A stretch of 64,000 nucleotides of DNA from a bacterium (lineage in GTDB: Bacteria; SAR324; NAC60-12): assembly GCA_965209155.1 (NCBI GenBank), contig OZ242383.1, forward strand, positions 2,848,001-2,912,000, written 5' to 3'. Positions within the stretch are counted from its first letter, which is position 1, and every line of letters starts with the position of its first letter. The position numbers were made by a program, and so were the translations under genes. Under the pieces are notes generated by a model. It saw only the letters and a program-made list of their open reading frames with translations, was not told the DNA's origin and searched no databases. This document shows, in pieces, positions 38,694 to 49,048 of the stretch.

Positions 38694-40136
38694 TCATTGA
38701 TTTGACGCCTTGTCCTGATCGATCGTAAGAGGAAGCTCGAAGGTCACTTTTAAACCAGGATGCCGGTTTTCCGCCCAAATTCGCCCGTGGTGCCATTCGG
38801 CGGCTCTGCGGGCAATAGCCATTCCCAATCCGGTCCCGTTGTTTTTCTGGCCGCGGGTTTCGTCGACCCGGTAAAAAGGATTGAAAAGCAATTCCAGGAA
38901 ATCTTCCGGTACGCCGGGTCCTTGATCCTCGACCATGATCCGCACATAGCGTTGATCGCCTTCAGCGCGTAAGAGTAGACTGACGGAAACGGCAGTATGG
39001 ACGGGAGCAAATCGAATGGCATTACGGATGATGTTTTCAATAGCGCTGCTCAATATCGAAACATTGCCCTGAAAATGGCAGACTACGCTTTGCACCAAGA
39101 GAACTTCTTTGTCCATGGCTTTTGCTTCATAGTGGGTGTCTGCGATTAAATCCGTGATCAATGCGGAAAGTTCAATCCATTGCTTCTCTTCCCCGGCAAG
39201 GCGATTGTCGAGCCGGGACCATTGAATGACCTGGCCTATCAGGCGATCCAACCTGCCGATTTCCAGTTCGATACGGTCATGTTCGGGGTCGGTGTCGCCA
39301 GTCTTTTTACGTGCCAGCGCCAGAGCAATCTGTAAACGAGTCAAAGGAGAACGCAATTCATGAGAAACATCCATGAGCAGTCGTTTTTGCGCTCCCACCA
39401 AATCGTTCAATTGTTGTGACATCGTATTGAAATCGTGACCCAACTGACCAATTTCATCTTTTCGACGAGTCACTTTGGGACTGACGAGTGTGTCGAAATC
39501 ACCCCGGGCAACGCGCCTGGCTGCTGTTTGCAGGAGTCGAATCGGAGCGACCAGGTAGGCGGAAAGTAAAAGGCAAAACAAGCTACTGACGGTCAACGTG
39601 GTGAGAAGAACGACCCACTGATCGGAAAGGATTTGCCAAAGTCGCCAGAACACATGGTTCAGATTCGGACTGGTGAGATAAAGTTGATAAATTTCATTTT
39701 CTACTATGAATCGATATGGTCCCACCAGTAAAAGACCATCTTTCAAAGAAATTTCGAATTGAGGGCTTTGCCGGGTTTGTACATAAAAATCCTGTAGCGC
39801 ATTCGACACCCTTTGTCTACCAAGGGACCGTCCCCGGTTGTCGAACAAAAAAATATTTCTGGGAAGATTCAAAGAGCGGGGATTCAGTCTGTCTTCATGT
39901 TGCAATCGCCGTCCTCGTCCATGTTCCAAATGTCGACCATGGCTTTCAAGATCAAGAAAAAGGTGATGTCGCTCCGGGAAATAAAGGGCAGGATCAACGA
40001 TGAGGGCAATGACGACGACCAGGCTGACCACCAGACTCGTCATTGCCAACCAGAACCAGAGATAGATTTTCCAGAAAAGACGAGTCCATGGTTTCAAGAG
40101 CCAGGATTGCCATTCCAGGAACACGAGATTTTTCAT
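38694..40136 (-). CDS. HAMP sensor histidine kinase, CpxA-like
   Basis: DVSHELRSPLTR, ENIIRNA, DQGPG and GTGLG motifs. Confidence 0.9.
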   Translation of the reverse strand: MKNLVFLEWQSWLLKPWTRLFWKIYLWFWLAMTSLVVSLVVVIALIVDPALYFPERHHLFLDLESHGRHLEHGRGRRLQHEDRLNPRSLNLPRNIFLFDNRGRSLGRQRVSNALQDFYVQTRQSPQFEISLKDGLLLVGPYRFIVENEIYQLYLTSPNLNHVFWRLWQILSDQWVVLLTTLTVSSLFCLLLSAYLVAPIRLLQTAARRVARGDFDTLVSPKVTRRKDEIGQLGHDFNTMSQQLNDLVGAQKRLLMDVSHELRSPLTRLQIALALARKKTGDTDPEHDRIELEIGRLDRLIGQVIQWSRLDNRLAGEEKQWIELSALITDLIADTHYEAKAMDKEVLLVQSVVCHFQGNVSILSSAIENIIRNAIRFAPVHTAVSVSLLLRAEGDQRYVRIMVEDQGPGVPEDFLELLFNPFYRVDETRGQKNNGTGLGMAIARRAAEWHHGRIWAENRHPGLKVTFELPLTIDQDKASNQ

Positions 40137-40822
40137 TCCGTGATATAAAAATAACCGGAACCTCGCACGGTTTTAATGCGTGGAGAGCCATCCGGTTTAT
40201 CCTTTATTTTGCGACGAACGTTACTGACATGCATATCGATGGCACGGTCGTACTGCGTCAGGTGCCTTCCCAAGGCCAGGCGGGTCAGTTCACCACGTTC
40301 CACCAGCATGCCCGCTCGTTGCGCCAGAACTTTCAAAACCATAAATTCCGTCGCTGTCATCTCGAGCAATTGGCCGTTTCGTTTAATCTCCCGGTTCAAC
40401 AAATTGATGCTGAGATCGTCAATTTCTATCAAGGGTGGTTCGGATTCAGAAATTTCCACAGTTTCACTACGACGCAGAATTGCTTTCATACGGGCGACCA
40501 GTTCACGGTGATTGAATGGTTTGGGCAGGTAATCATCCGCTCCGATTTCCAGTCCGATGATACGGTCGACGTCATCGCCCCGCGCAGTGAGCATGAGTAT
40601 CGGAATTTGAGATTGCCGGCGGATGCGTTTCAATACCTCGAATCCATTCAATTCCGGCAGCGTGACATCCAACAAAATCAATTGATGTTCTCCGCTCAGG
40701 GCCGCTTCCACGCCACTCCTTCCCTCGTGAACGGCGATTATGGAAAATCCCTCCAGGGTCAGGTATTCCGTTAAAAGCTGACAAAGCTCCCGATCATCAT
40801 CGATCAATAAAATGCTGCTCAC
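40133..40822 (-). CDS. OmpR-family response regulator, CpxR-like
   Basis: LLIDDDREL, GADDYLPKPF and DRAIDMHVSN.RRK motifs. Confidence 0.9.
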   Translation of the reverse strand: MSSILLIDDDRELCQLLTEYLTLEGFSIIAVHEGRSGVEAALSGEHQLILLDVTLPELNGFEVLKRIRRQSQIPILMLTARGDDVDRIIGLEIGADDYLPKPFNHRELVARMKAILRRSETVEISESEPPLIEIDDLSINLLNREIKRNGQLLEMTATEFMVLKVLAQRAGMLVERGELTRLALGRHLTQYDRAIDMHVSNVRRKIKDKPDGSPRIKTVRGSGYFYITE

Positions 40823-40877
40823 CGTACGAATTTGTTTTGAATTTTATATGCGATTCGAAAGTTGAATTAAAATTAAT

Positions 40878-41436
40878 CTCATTAAACCACCAGCTCTGCT
40901 GGTGCGAACCTAATAGGCTTTGCCGGTCAGACATGAGAAACGTATCCGTGTCCGTGAGCCGTGCTCGTGCTCGTGAACGGTCAGTGAATTCGACGGCACA
41001 TTTTGGTTAACATAGAAACAATGCGATGAAGTAACTGTTTCCCTTCGTCAAATAAAGGAGGCTGGATGATCTTCAACACGTTTAAAACATCGAGAATAGC
41101 AGCGCATTCCATTGCGGAACCTCGGGCAAATGCATAGAATCATTGCTTGTCAGGAAAGGAATTTTTTCCACAGCCTTCTGCGATATTGAGAGGAATCGAC
41201 CATGAGGCCCTTTTCAGTTGGTCAACTAAGGCTGAGTATCCTTTTGGCAATGTTTCGATGACTTGGACAGATAACGCTAAAAATTCGATGGAACATTGGT
41301 ATACATCGATTTTTTCATGATCTAACATGGCAGCCTTTTTCGTTCATGAGCACGAGCACGTCTTACGATGACGAACACGTTTTGCCCTCATACTGGGGGC
41401 CTCTTCAAGCCACCGGCTCTGCCGGTGGTGATGACT
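40878..41436 (+). mobile_element. Non-autonomous IS200/IS605-like element, copy 2
   Basis: Same length (559 bp) and same ends as 14874-15432; preceded by TTAAT. Confidence 0.75.
40981..41328 (-). pseudogene. Four-helix bundle gene with nonsense mutation
   Basis: CGA (Arg63 in copy 1) is TGA at 41140-41142. Confidence 0.85.
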
Positions 41437-41612
41437 TATAAAATCAATAATTTAATAATTATGATCTGTCATGCTGGTTCCGGATCATCCCGGACTGGAT
41501 CCGGGACCAGGATGATCCGACATCCAAAATATCGCCTGCATCCCCCTGGATTCCTGGTCAAGCCAGGAATGACACGTTTTTTAGCTCCTGATTCACGTAT
41601 TTTATTTGAAAT

Positions 41613-43466
41613 TTATGGATGGATTTCCAGTTCCAGTTTCGCAAGCAGAGGTGAAAGGTTTCTATTCTGAATCGTGCGTGCCTGGCTGAGGGCGCGGGGT
41701 AACAATCCATAAATATAATACTCGGCAGTGCGCACTTTGTTCCAACAAAAAACCGAATGCGGAGTATTTTCTGATAACAACGCGTCATTCTGATGACCTG
41801 TCGCGCTCACGTTTTCCTGCAGTTTGTTCAGCTCGATTTGCGCTGCTATTGCCTGTTGCAAAAGATGAAAAGCGCACAAAACGTCCCCCATCAATGCCAG
41901 CATGTTGTTCGCGTAAAGGACGTATTCCCGCGATTTTCCTTCTCCGGCACACATACGGAATGAAGCGATGGTCTCAAACATGAGATCATGATAGCACGTC
42001 CATTCTGAAATCAATCCCCGGATTTCTTCGGGAATGGCATTGTGGCACCGGGTGAAATATCGCAAGTGTTTCTGTAACGTTGCCAGCAATTCTCCATCCT
42101 TGATGGTAAATTTTCGAGTCACCAGATCCAATGCCTGGATGCCATTGGTCCCTTCGTAAATGGAACCTATTTTGGCATCCCGGGCATTTTGCTCCAAGGG
42201 AAAATCCCGGGTATATCCTACTCCACCCAGTACCTGGACTCCGATGCAAGCGGTCTCGAAACCTTGATCGGTGGCAAACGATTTGGCAATGGGTATGTAC
42301 AGGTCCAGTAAATTTTTATAATATACCCGCGATTCTTGCGGGCCATGTTTGCTCATGTCGGAGTAGTAGGCGCAAGAGTAAATCAGTCCACGTAAACCTT
42401 CGGTGGTGGCTTTCATGTTCATCAGCATACGTCGTACATCGGGATGCTCGATGATCAAAGCGCGTGGGGCTTTTTGATTTTTACCGTGTTGGACGGCAAT
42501 ACCCTGGGTTCGCTCATTAGCATAGCAGAGAGCGAACTGGTAGGCTGCCGCTGCAGAAGCGAGCCCTTGCAGCCCTACCTGAAGACGGGATTCATTCATC
42601 AACTGGAACATTTGAGCCATTCCCCGGTGTTCCTCCTGCAACAAATAACCATGACATTGATTATTGTCTCCAAACGACAAATGCGCCGTTGGGGAGCCAT
42701 GGATGCCCATCTTATCTTCCAGGTTGACCAGGGTGACGTCATTGGGTGTTCCATCCAATCGGACTTTGGGAACAATGAACAAACTGATACCCTTGGGACC
42801 AGGAGGAGCCTCTTTGACGCGAGCCAGAACCAGGTGGACAATGTTTCCGGTATAATCGTGGTCTCCTCCCGTGATGAATTGTTTAGTACCTTTAATTGAA
42901 TAATGGTCTCCCTCTTTCACGGCAGTTGTGGTGATATCGCCAACGGCAGTTCCGGCATGTGGTTCCGTGAGACACATCGTCCCCGTCCATTCTCCGGTGG
43001 CCATCTTTTCACAATAAGCTCGCTTTTGCTCGTCCGTGCCAAAAGTTTCGATCAGGTGAGCCGCCCCTGCCGTGAGAAAACAAGTGAGGTAGAACGATTG
43101 ATTGGCAGCATAAATCACTTCATTGGTGGCAATGGAGACCAATTCGGGAAGCCCTTGTCCTCCATATTCCGGAGACATGTTCAGGCCCACCCATCCGCTT
43201 TTCCCTATTTGTTGCCATGCCTCTTTAAATCCTGTGGGAGTTTTCACTTTCCCTTCGATAAGCCGACACCCTTGCTGGTCTCCCCGTTGATTGAGGGGTG
43301 ACACTACTTTTTCCGCAAAATGACAGGCTTCTTCAACGATCATGTGGAACGTGTCTTGATCAAAATCGGAAAAAGCCGGAAATTGACACAACTTTTCGGC
43401 TTGCATCACGTCATACAATAAAAATTCGATATCTCGCCGGTTTGCCTTAAATTCCGTACTACTCAT
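41613..43466 (-). CDS. Acyl-CoA dehydrogenase (long, ~600-aa type)
   Basis: GTMCLTEP, GTKQFIT.G, KMGIHGSPT and IYEGTNGIQALDL motifs. Confidence 0.93.
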   Translation of the reverse strand: MSSTEFKANRRDIEFLLYDVMQAEKLCQFPAFSDFDQDTFHMIVEEACHFAEKVVSPLNQRGDQQGCRLIEGKVKTPTGFKEAWQQIGKSGWVGLNMSPEYGGQGLPELVSIATNEVIYAANQSFYLTCFLTAGAAHLIETFGTDEQKRAYCEKMATGEWTGTMCLTEPHAGTAVGDITTTAVKEGDHYSIKGTKQFITGGDHDYTGNIVHLVLARVKEAPPGPKGISLFIVPKVRLDGTPNDVTLVNLEDKMGIHGSPTAHLSFGDNNQCHGYLLQEEHRGMAQMFQLMNESRLQVGLQGLASAAAAYQFALCYANERTQGIAVQHGKNQKAPRALIIEHPDVRRMLMNMKATTEGLRGLIYSCAYYSDMSKHGPQESRVYYKNLLDLYIPIAKSFATDQGFETACIGVQVLGGVGYTRDFPLEQNARDAKIGSIYEGTNGIQALDLVTRKFTIKDGELLATLQKHLRYFTRCHNAIPEEIRGLISEWTCYHDLMFETIASFRMCAGEGKSREYVLYANNMLALMGDVLCAFHLLQQAIAAQIELNKLQENVSATGHQNDALLSENTPHSVFCWNKVRTAEYYIYGLLPRALSQARTIQNRNLSPLLAKLELEIHP

Positions 43467-43467
43467 T

Positions 43468-43642
43468 CATGTCACGTGTATGAAACTTGCAAAAGATCGA
43501 TTTTATTCCTGAAGCTCTTCAGACCCACGAGAAGGCAGAAAGGCATACTGGATTCCTGGTCTGTGCCAGGAATGACACGTTGGATTCGCTGGATTCCTGG
43601 TCTGTGCCAGGAATGACACGTTTTTTGACTTCTGATTCACGT
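43468..43642. mobile_element. Short REP-containing MITE, copy C
   Basis: Two GATTCCTGG..CCAGGAATGAC units; right TIR GACTTCTGATTCACGT; flanked by direct repeat ACTACTCATT; left TIR not recognisable. Confidence 0.65.
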
Positions 43643-43771
43643 ACTACTCATTATGGTTTCCCTCCGGTTACGTGAAGCTCCTTGCAAGGGTGCGTGCGTC
43701 CGGCAATAAGACCAGCGTGCATGCGCATGGCCACTGCTCGAGGCGGTGAGTGTTTTCCAGGGAAGGAAAAA

Positions 43772-45001
43772 TCAAATTTTCTTAAACAAAAGCGAAGCAT
43801 TGGTCCCACCAAAACCAAAAGAGTTTGATAAAGCAACCGTGAGTTTGCGTTCTTTCCCTTGATTGGGCGTCACATCCAGGTCGCACTCGGGATCCAAGTT
43901 GTCGATATTGATACTGGGAGGGACAAAATCATGCTGAAGCGCTTTCACAGTGACCACCGCCTCCACTGCTCCGGCCGCACCCAAGAGATGTCCCATCATG
44001 GATTTGGTCGCACTGATCGAAATCCGATTGGCGTGATCGCCTAAAACGGATTTGATTGCCAGCAATTCATTGATATCCCCGGCAGGCGTGGAGGTGGCAT
44101 GCGCATTGATATAGTCGACTTCCTGCGCATTGGTTTCCGCATCTTTTAAAACCATCTTCATCGCCCTCGCCGGTCCTTCCACGGAGGGCGCAGTGATGTG
44201 AAACGAGTCCGAACTGAAACCATACCCCACCAACTCGCAATAAATACGAGCGTCTCTTTTTTTTGCGAATTCGAGATCTTCAAGAATGAGAATGCCGGAT
44301 CCTTCGGAAAAAACGAATCCATCCCGTTCCTGATCGTAAGGTCTGCTGGCTCGTTGGGGTTCATCGTTTCGCGTACTGAGAGCCCGCATGGCCGCAAAGC
44401 CGCCGATGCAAAGTTTTGTGACAGCAGCTTCGGTTCCTCCGACAATCATGGCTTTGGCATCACCGCGCTCGATCATACGCGCAGCATCTCCGATAGCATG
44501 GTTCGAAGAGGCGCAAGCCGAAACAGTTGAAGTGTTATAATTTTTCGTGCCGAAAATCAGAGAAATCTGCCCGGCTACCATATTTGCCAGCACCATTGGA
44601 ATGAAGAAGGGAGAAATCCGATCCGGGCCTTTTTCCTCCATGAGCAACAGATTTTTTTCAATCATCGGTTGCCCTCCAATCCCCACGCCAATGGAAGCGC
44701 CAATGTCATACTGCAACTCTTCGGTGATCTCCAGGTTTGCGTCCTGCAAGGCTTCCTGGGTTGCGGCAACGGCATAATGAATAAAGGTGTCCATTTTTTT
44801 GACGTCTTTGGGAGGAATAACGGAGGGGATCTCGAAATCATGGACTTCTCCCGCAACCTGACTTTTTAAATCGGAAGGGTCAAATTTCGTGATGCGTCCC
44901 GTACCCGAGATTCCCTTACAACTGGCATCCCAGGCTGTTTCCAGGTTGTTTCCGATCGGACAAACAATTCCTAGTCCAGTGACAACAATTCGTCTACGCA
45001 T
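43772..45001 (-). CDS. fabF: Beta-ketoacyl-ACP synthase II
   Basis: VVTGLG, SACAS, NAHATST, GHLLGAAG and SNSFGFGG motifs. Confidence 0.96.
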   Translation of the reverse strand: MRRRIVVTGLGIVCPIGNNLETAWDASCKGISGTGRITKFDPSDLKSQVAGEVHDFEIPSVIPPKDVKKMDTFIHYAVAATQEALQDANLEITEELQYDIGASIGVGIGGQPMIEKNLLLMEEKGPDRISPFFIPMVLANMVAGQISLIFGTKNYNTSTVSACASSNHAIGDAARMIERGDAKAMIVGGTEAAVTKLCIGGFAAMRALSTRNDEPQRASRPYDQERDGFVFSEGSGILILEDLEFAKKRDARIYCELVGYGFSSDSFHITAPSVEGPARAMKMVLKDAETNAQEVDYINAHATSTPAGDINELLAIKSVLGDHANRISISATKSMMGHLLGAAGAVEAVVTVKALQHDFVPPSINIDNLDPECDLDVTPNQGKERKLTVALSNSFGFGGTNASLLFKKI

Positions 45002-45070
45002 GAGATTGATCTGATTGACAGGTGAAAAAAGGAGAATTGCCTTTAAAATCAAAGAATCAATCGAACTTTC

Positions 45071-45307
45071 TCAGGCTTGCTGAGCAGCCTGAATATGCTC
45101 GATCGCGATTTTGACTGTCGTGATTTTTTCCGCAACATCGTCTGGAATCGTGATATCGAACTCTTCCTCGAAAGCCATCACCAATTCCACCGTATCCAGT
45201 GAATCCGCCTCCAAATCATCGGCAAAATGTGAATCAGGCGTGATATCGGTCTCATCGATTCCTAACTGCTCGCTTATGATTTTTTTTACTGCTGCTTCAA
45301 CTTCCAT
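45071..45307 (-). CDS. acpP: Acyl carrier protein
   Basis: [20 protein letters not shown] motif. Confidence 0.96.
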   Translation of the reverse strand: MEVEAAVKKIISEQLGIDETDITPDSHFADDLEADSLDTVELVMAFEEEFDITIPDDVAEKITTVKIAIEHIQAAQQA

Positions 45308-45560
45308 ATTTTCCATTCCTTTAATAAAAAAAAAACTAACATTGCTCCGATGGATACGCAAACTTTCATTGTTTCGAGACGAGGGAATGGAGGAGCAATG
45401 CAAAGAAACCCTGCCTCCTCGTTCTCCATTGATAAAAGTCATAGCATGTCATTCAGTATATCTTGAATTGTGAGAACTTTGAATAGTAGTCAATTTTTCA
45501 GTAAAATCAGGAGAGAAGTCACTTGTTGATTCAGTTGCTCATTTCCGGAGTTCCTCGTCA

Positions 45561-46298
45561 TCAATACATTCCTCCATTGACATGCAATGTGGTTCCGGTG
45601 ATGTAGTTCGCCTGTTCCGAAACGAGAAAATGAACAGCTTGCGCCACGTCATCGACCGACCCTATCCGTCCCAATGGGATTTGTTGTAAAAGGGTCTGAG
45701 TCTGTTTCTCATCCAAGCCTCCAGTCATGTCGGTTTCGATGTATCCCGGGGCGACGGTATTGCAGGTAATATTTCGATTACCCAGTTCCCGGGCAAGCGA
45801 CCTGCTGAATCCCACAACAGCAGATTTAGCGGCACTGTAGTTCACCTGCCCCGGATTTCCAGTGAATCCGACTACTGAACTGATATTGACTATACGGCCA
45901 TAGCGCAGACGAATCATACTGCGAATGACAGTTTTCGTAACATTGAACATGCCCGTCAGGTTGACATCCAAAACTTCATCCCATTCGCTCCGTTTCATAC
46001 GTAAAAACAAAGTATCGCGGGTAATACCCGCATTGTTGACCAATATATCGATTCGAGGAAAAGAATCCTGCGCAGCGCGTACCATTTCTTCCACCGCCTC
46101 CAAGTCGGCCACGTCCACCTGAAAGGCCAGGCATCGCCTCCCGATGGCTTCAATAGCTGACTGGGTTTGATCTGAAAAATTTTTATTGCGATTTGTAAAA
46201 ATAATATCAGCACCTGCCTTTGCAAGACAAATAGCGACTGCTTTTCCAATTCCACGCCCCGCTCCCGTGATCAAGGCAACACGATTTTCCAAACTCAT
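45561..46298 (-). CDS. fabG: 3-oxoacyl-ACP reductase
   Basis: TGAGRGIG, NNAGITRD and YSAAK motifs; next to acpP. Confidence 0.95.
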   Translation of the reverse strand: MSLENRVALITGAGRGIGKAVAICLAKAGADIIFTNRNKNFSDQTQSAIEAIGRRCLAFQVDVADLEAVEEMVRAAQDSFPRIDILVNNAGITRDTLFLRMKRSEWDEVLDVNLTGMFNVTKTVIRSMIRLRYGRIVNISSVVGFTGNPGQVNYSAAKSAVVGFSRSLARELGNRNITCNTVAPGYIETDMTGGLDEKQTQTLLQQIPLGRIGSVDDVAQAVHFLVSEQANYITGTTLHVNGGMY

Positions 46299-46354
46299 GG
46301 GGGTTCCTCTGTTGGTCAGAACTCTGAAAGGTTACCTGAAATAACCTCAGCCAA

Positions 46355-47614
46355 TCATCGTACCTTAAAATACATAATGATAGTAAACACAAAAAGCCAG
46401 ATAGATTTCAAATGCATCAACCAGATCACTTTGCTTTGGATATCTTGCGAATTGACTAATTTTTCTTCATCTGGTACAGGTCGCATTCCCAGCTTCTGCA
46501 AAAAGAGAAGCCATACGGATTCTACTTCAGGCTTTTGCTCCGAATAAGTCCAAAGTTGTTGTAAATGATGGTGATATGGAGAGCGCAGGAAAAAACGATA
46601 ATGTTCCGCCATATAACGACCTTTGCACCAAAGCATGCATTTGAAAAACAGACGTTGAATGATAGTGGAAAGTACTGAAAAGACGAATATTCCTCCGACA
46701 ATAGGAAGAAAAAGCTCTGCTTTAACGAAAATGAACATCGTAGAAATGATGCTACCCAATGCCAGCGCCCCCAAATCACCCATATATATCAAAGCGGGTG
46801 GAGCATTGTAACGTAAAAATGTGAAACCGGCGCTGATGATTCCCATTGCCAAAACGCTCAACTCCTTGATGTCGTGAGACAATTCGGGAATTTTCAGACG
46901 GGCAGCCCATTCCGGTTCTCCTCCGATATATGCCACGGCAGCCACAAACAGGGAACAGGTCATCAGTGGCATGGTAGCCAGGGAATCCATACCATCGGTC
47001 AAATTGACCGCATTGGCTCCACCCACGATGATCAAGAGCATGAATGGGATAAAAAAGTATTTGGGCAAGTAGGGATACCAATCTTTCAAAGGCACAAAAG
47101 GTACCACCAGGTGTCCGTCAATATCGACATGGAGATAAAGCGCAAGCACAACAATCAAAGCCACCGCAAATTCGGCAAGCAATCGAGTACGCCCGCTGAT
47201 GCCGTCGGCTTTGTCGCTATACCAATTTCTCTTTTCCTTTCCGGATTCAATTCTTTTTTTATGAATCACTTTGGCAACATCATCAATCGCCCCTATCATT
47301 CCAAAGGCAATCATGATGATCAACAAGGCGATGACGTACTGGTTCAGGTTGCACCATAATATGACAGAAACCAGAATAGCCAATATCAAGACACCTCCTC
47401 CCATGATGGGAGTCGCCCCTGCGTAAGGTCGGCCTCTGATCGACGGAGCAAGCGTGAAATCCGAGGTGATCCCTTTCTCTCGAAACAATCGGATGACTTT
47501 GGGCATCAACAGGACAATGATCGCGTAGGTGGTAAGAAACGTCATCCCGCCTCGAAAGAGAACGGATTTGAAAATCTGATAGTGCCAGATTGAATAAAGA
47601 ACTGCGGCAAGCAT
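46355..47614 (-). CDS. mraY: Phospho-N-acetylmuramoyl-pentapeptide transferase
   Basis: TPIMGG, GAIDD, NAVNLTDGMD, YMGDLG and PYHHH motifs. Confidence 0.88.
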   Translation of the reverse strand: MLAAVLYSIWHYQIFKSVLFRGGMTFLTTYAIIVLLMPKVIRLFREKGITSDFTLAPSIRGRPYAGATPIMGGGVLILAILVSVILWCNLNQYVIALLIIMIAFGMIGAIDDVAKVIHKKRIESGKEKRNWYSDKADGISGRTRLLAEFAVALIVVLALYLHVDIDGHLVVPFVPLKDWYPYLPKYFFIPFMLLIIVGGANAVNLTDGMDSLATMPLMTCSLFVAAVAYIGGEPEWAARLKIPELSHDIKELSVLAMGIISAGFTFLRYNAPPALIYMGDLGALALGSIISTMFIFVKAELFLPIVGGIFVFSVLSTIIQRLFFKCMLWCKGRYMAEHYRFFLRSPYHHHLQQLWTYSEQKPEVESVWLLFLQKLGMRPVPDEEKLVNSQDIQSKVIWLMHLKSIWLFVFTIIMYFKVR

Positions 47615-47751
47615 AAAGGATTTTCGATAGTGAATCTTCAGATTCGAAGCCAGTGAGGTTGAAGGGAACTCAGCAAGCTGAACCGATGGCTGGGAAGGCA
47701 GACTACCGCTGAAATCATCAATGGCTTATCAGGACAGAGCCGCCCAATACC

Positions 47752-48321
47752 CTAAATAGTCATCAGTTCGGATTCTTTCTTTTTTGTCAAATCGCTCACT
47801 TTGTCAATATGTTCATTCGTTTTTTTCTGGATGGTATCCAAAGTCGTTTTTTCTTCGTCCTGGGAAATGCGTTTGTCTTTCTGCAATTTTTTTATATGCT
47901 CGTTGGCTTCACGGCGGACATTTCGAAGCGCGATTTTACATTCTTCCCCCATCATTTTCACATTTTTGGCCAGTTCTTTACGACGTTCTCCGGTGAGAGG
48001 AGGTAAAACAGTCCGGATGATGTTCCCGTCTTGTGAGATCATCAATCCCAAGTTGGCTCGATGGATTTCACGCTCAATGTCTTTGATGAGACTCTTGTCC
48101 CAGGGATTAATGACCAGTAATTGAGGTTCAGGGGTTGAAATCGTACCAACTTGAGAGAGAGGAGTAGGCGTACCATAATAGTCGATTTTGATATTATCAA
48201 ATATGCTGGGGGCCGCCCTTCCTGTTCGAACAGTGACGAAATCCTTTTTCAGGCTTTCAATCGTATTTTCCATTTTATAGTCCAGGGTTTCCAAGACTTC
48301 TTTAACCGCTTCAGCGCTCAT
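47752..48321 (-). CDS. frr: Ribosome recycling factor
   Basis: RTGRA, YYG..TPL and ERRKEL motifs. Confidence 0.96.
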   Translation of the reverse strand: MSAEAVKEVLETLDYKMENTIESLKKDFVTVRTGRAAPSIFDNIKIDYYGTPTPLSQVGTISTPEPQLLVINPWDKSLIKDIEREIHRANLGLMISQDGNIIRTVLPPLTGERRKELAKNVKMMGEECKIALRNVRREANEHIKKLQKDKRISQDEEKTTLDTIQKKTNEHIDKVSDLTKKKESELMTI

Positions 48322-49040
48322 AATCCTTCTCCATTGATGATCGTTCCGACACCATTGCCACAAATGGCATTCACCATCGAATTTTCATCGCCAATGTTGA
48401 CAACTATAATCGGAAGGTTGTTGTCTTTGCAAAATGCAATTGCCGTCGCATCCATAACTTTCAGGTTTTTTTCCAGGATCGTTTCATAAGAGAGATGATG
48501 ATAACGAACCGCATCGCTATGCAGTTCCGGATCTTTGTCATAGACCCCATCGATTTTGGTAGCTTTAATGACCACTCCCGCACCTATTTCAGAGGCTCTC
48601 AACACTGCAGCCGTATCGGTTGTAAAAAATGGATTACCCGTTCCTCCGGCAAAGATGACAATCCGTCCTTTCTGTAAATGTCGGTCCGCACGACGTTTTA
48701 TATAGGGTTCGGCGATGGCGTGCATTTCAATGGCTGACATCACCCTGGTTGGATAACCACACTGTTCCAGAGCATTTTGAAGGCAAAGGGCATTGATCAC
48801 GGTGGCCAGCATTCCCATGTGATCACCTGCCACACGATCCATGGAGTGGGGGACGGATCTTGTACCCCTGTAAATATTACCACCACCAACCACGACTCCA
48901 ATTTCCACCTGCAACCGATAAATGGTAATGATGCTTTTAGCAATACGAGCAATGACCTCATAATCAAAAACGGTTCCACTGGCGCCACCAAATACCTCTC
49001 CACTCAATTTCAGTAGAATGCGTTTGTATTTTGGAAGCAC
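48318..49040 (-). CDS. pyrH: UMP kinase
   Basis: LLKLSGE, GGGN and GNPFFTTD motifs. Confidence 0.97.
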   Translation of the reverse strand: MLPKYKRILLKLSGEVFGGASGTVFDYEVIARIAKSIITIYRLQVEIGVVVGGGNIYRGTRSVPHSMDRVAGDHMGMLATVINALCLQNALEQCGYPTRVMSAIEMHAIAEPYIKRRADRHLQKGRIVIFAGGTGNPFFTTDTAAVLRASEIGAGVVIKATKIDGVYDKDPELHSDAVRYHHLSYETILEKNLKVMDATAIAFCKDNNLPIIVVNIGDENSMVNAICGNGVGTIINGEGL

Positions 49041-49048
49041 GCCATCCT

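Larger units (their letters stand above)
40848..41598. mobile_element. REP-containing MITE, copy B, with nested IS200/IS605-like element
   Basis: Degenerate left TIR ATGCGATTCGAAAGTT, right TIR AGCTCCTGATTCACGT; 7-bp direct repeat ATTTTAT on both sides. Confidence 0.7.
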
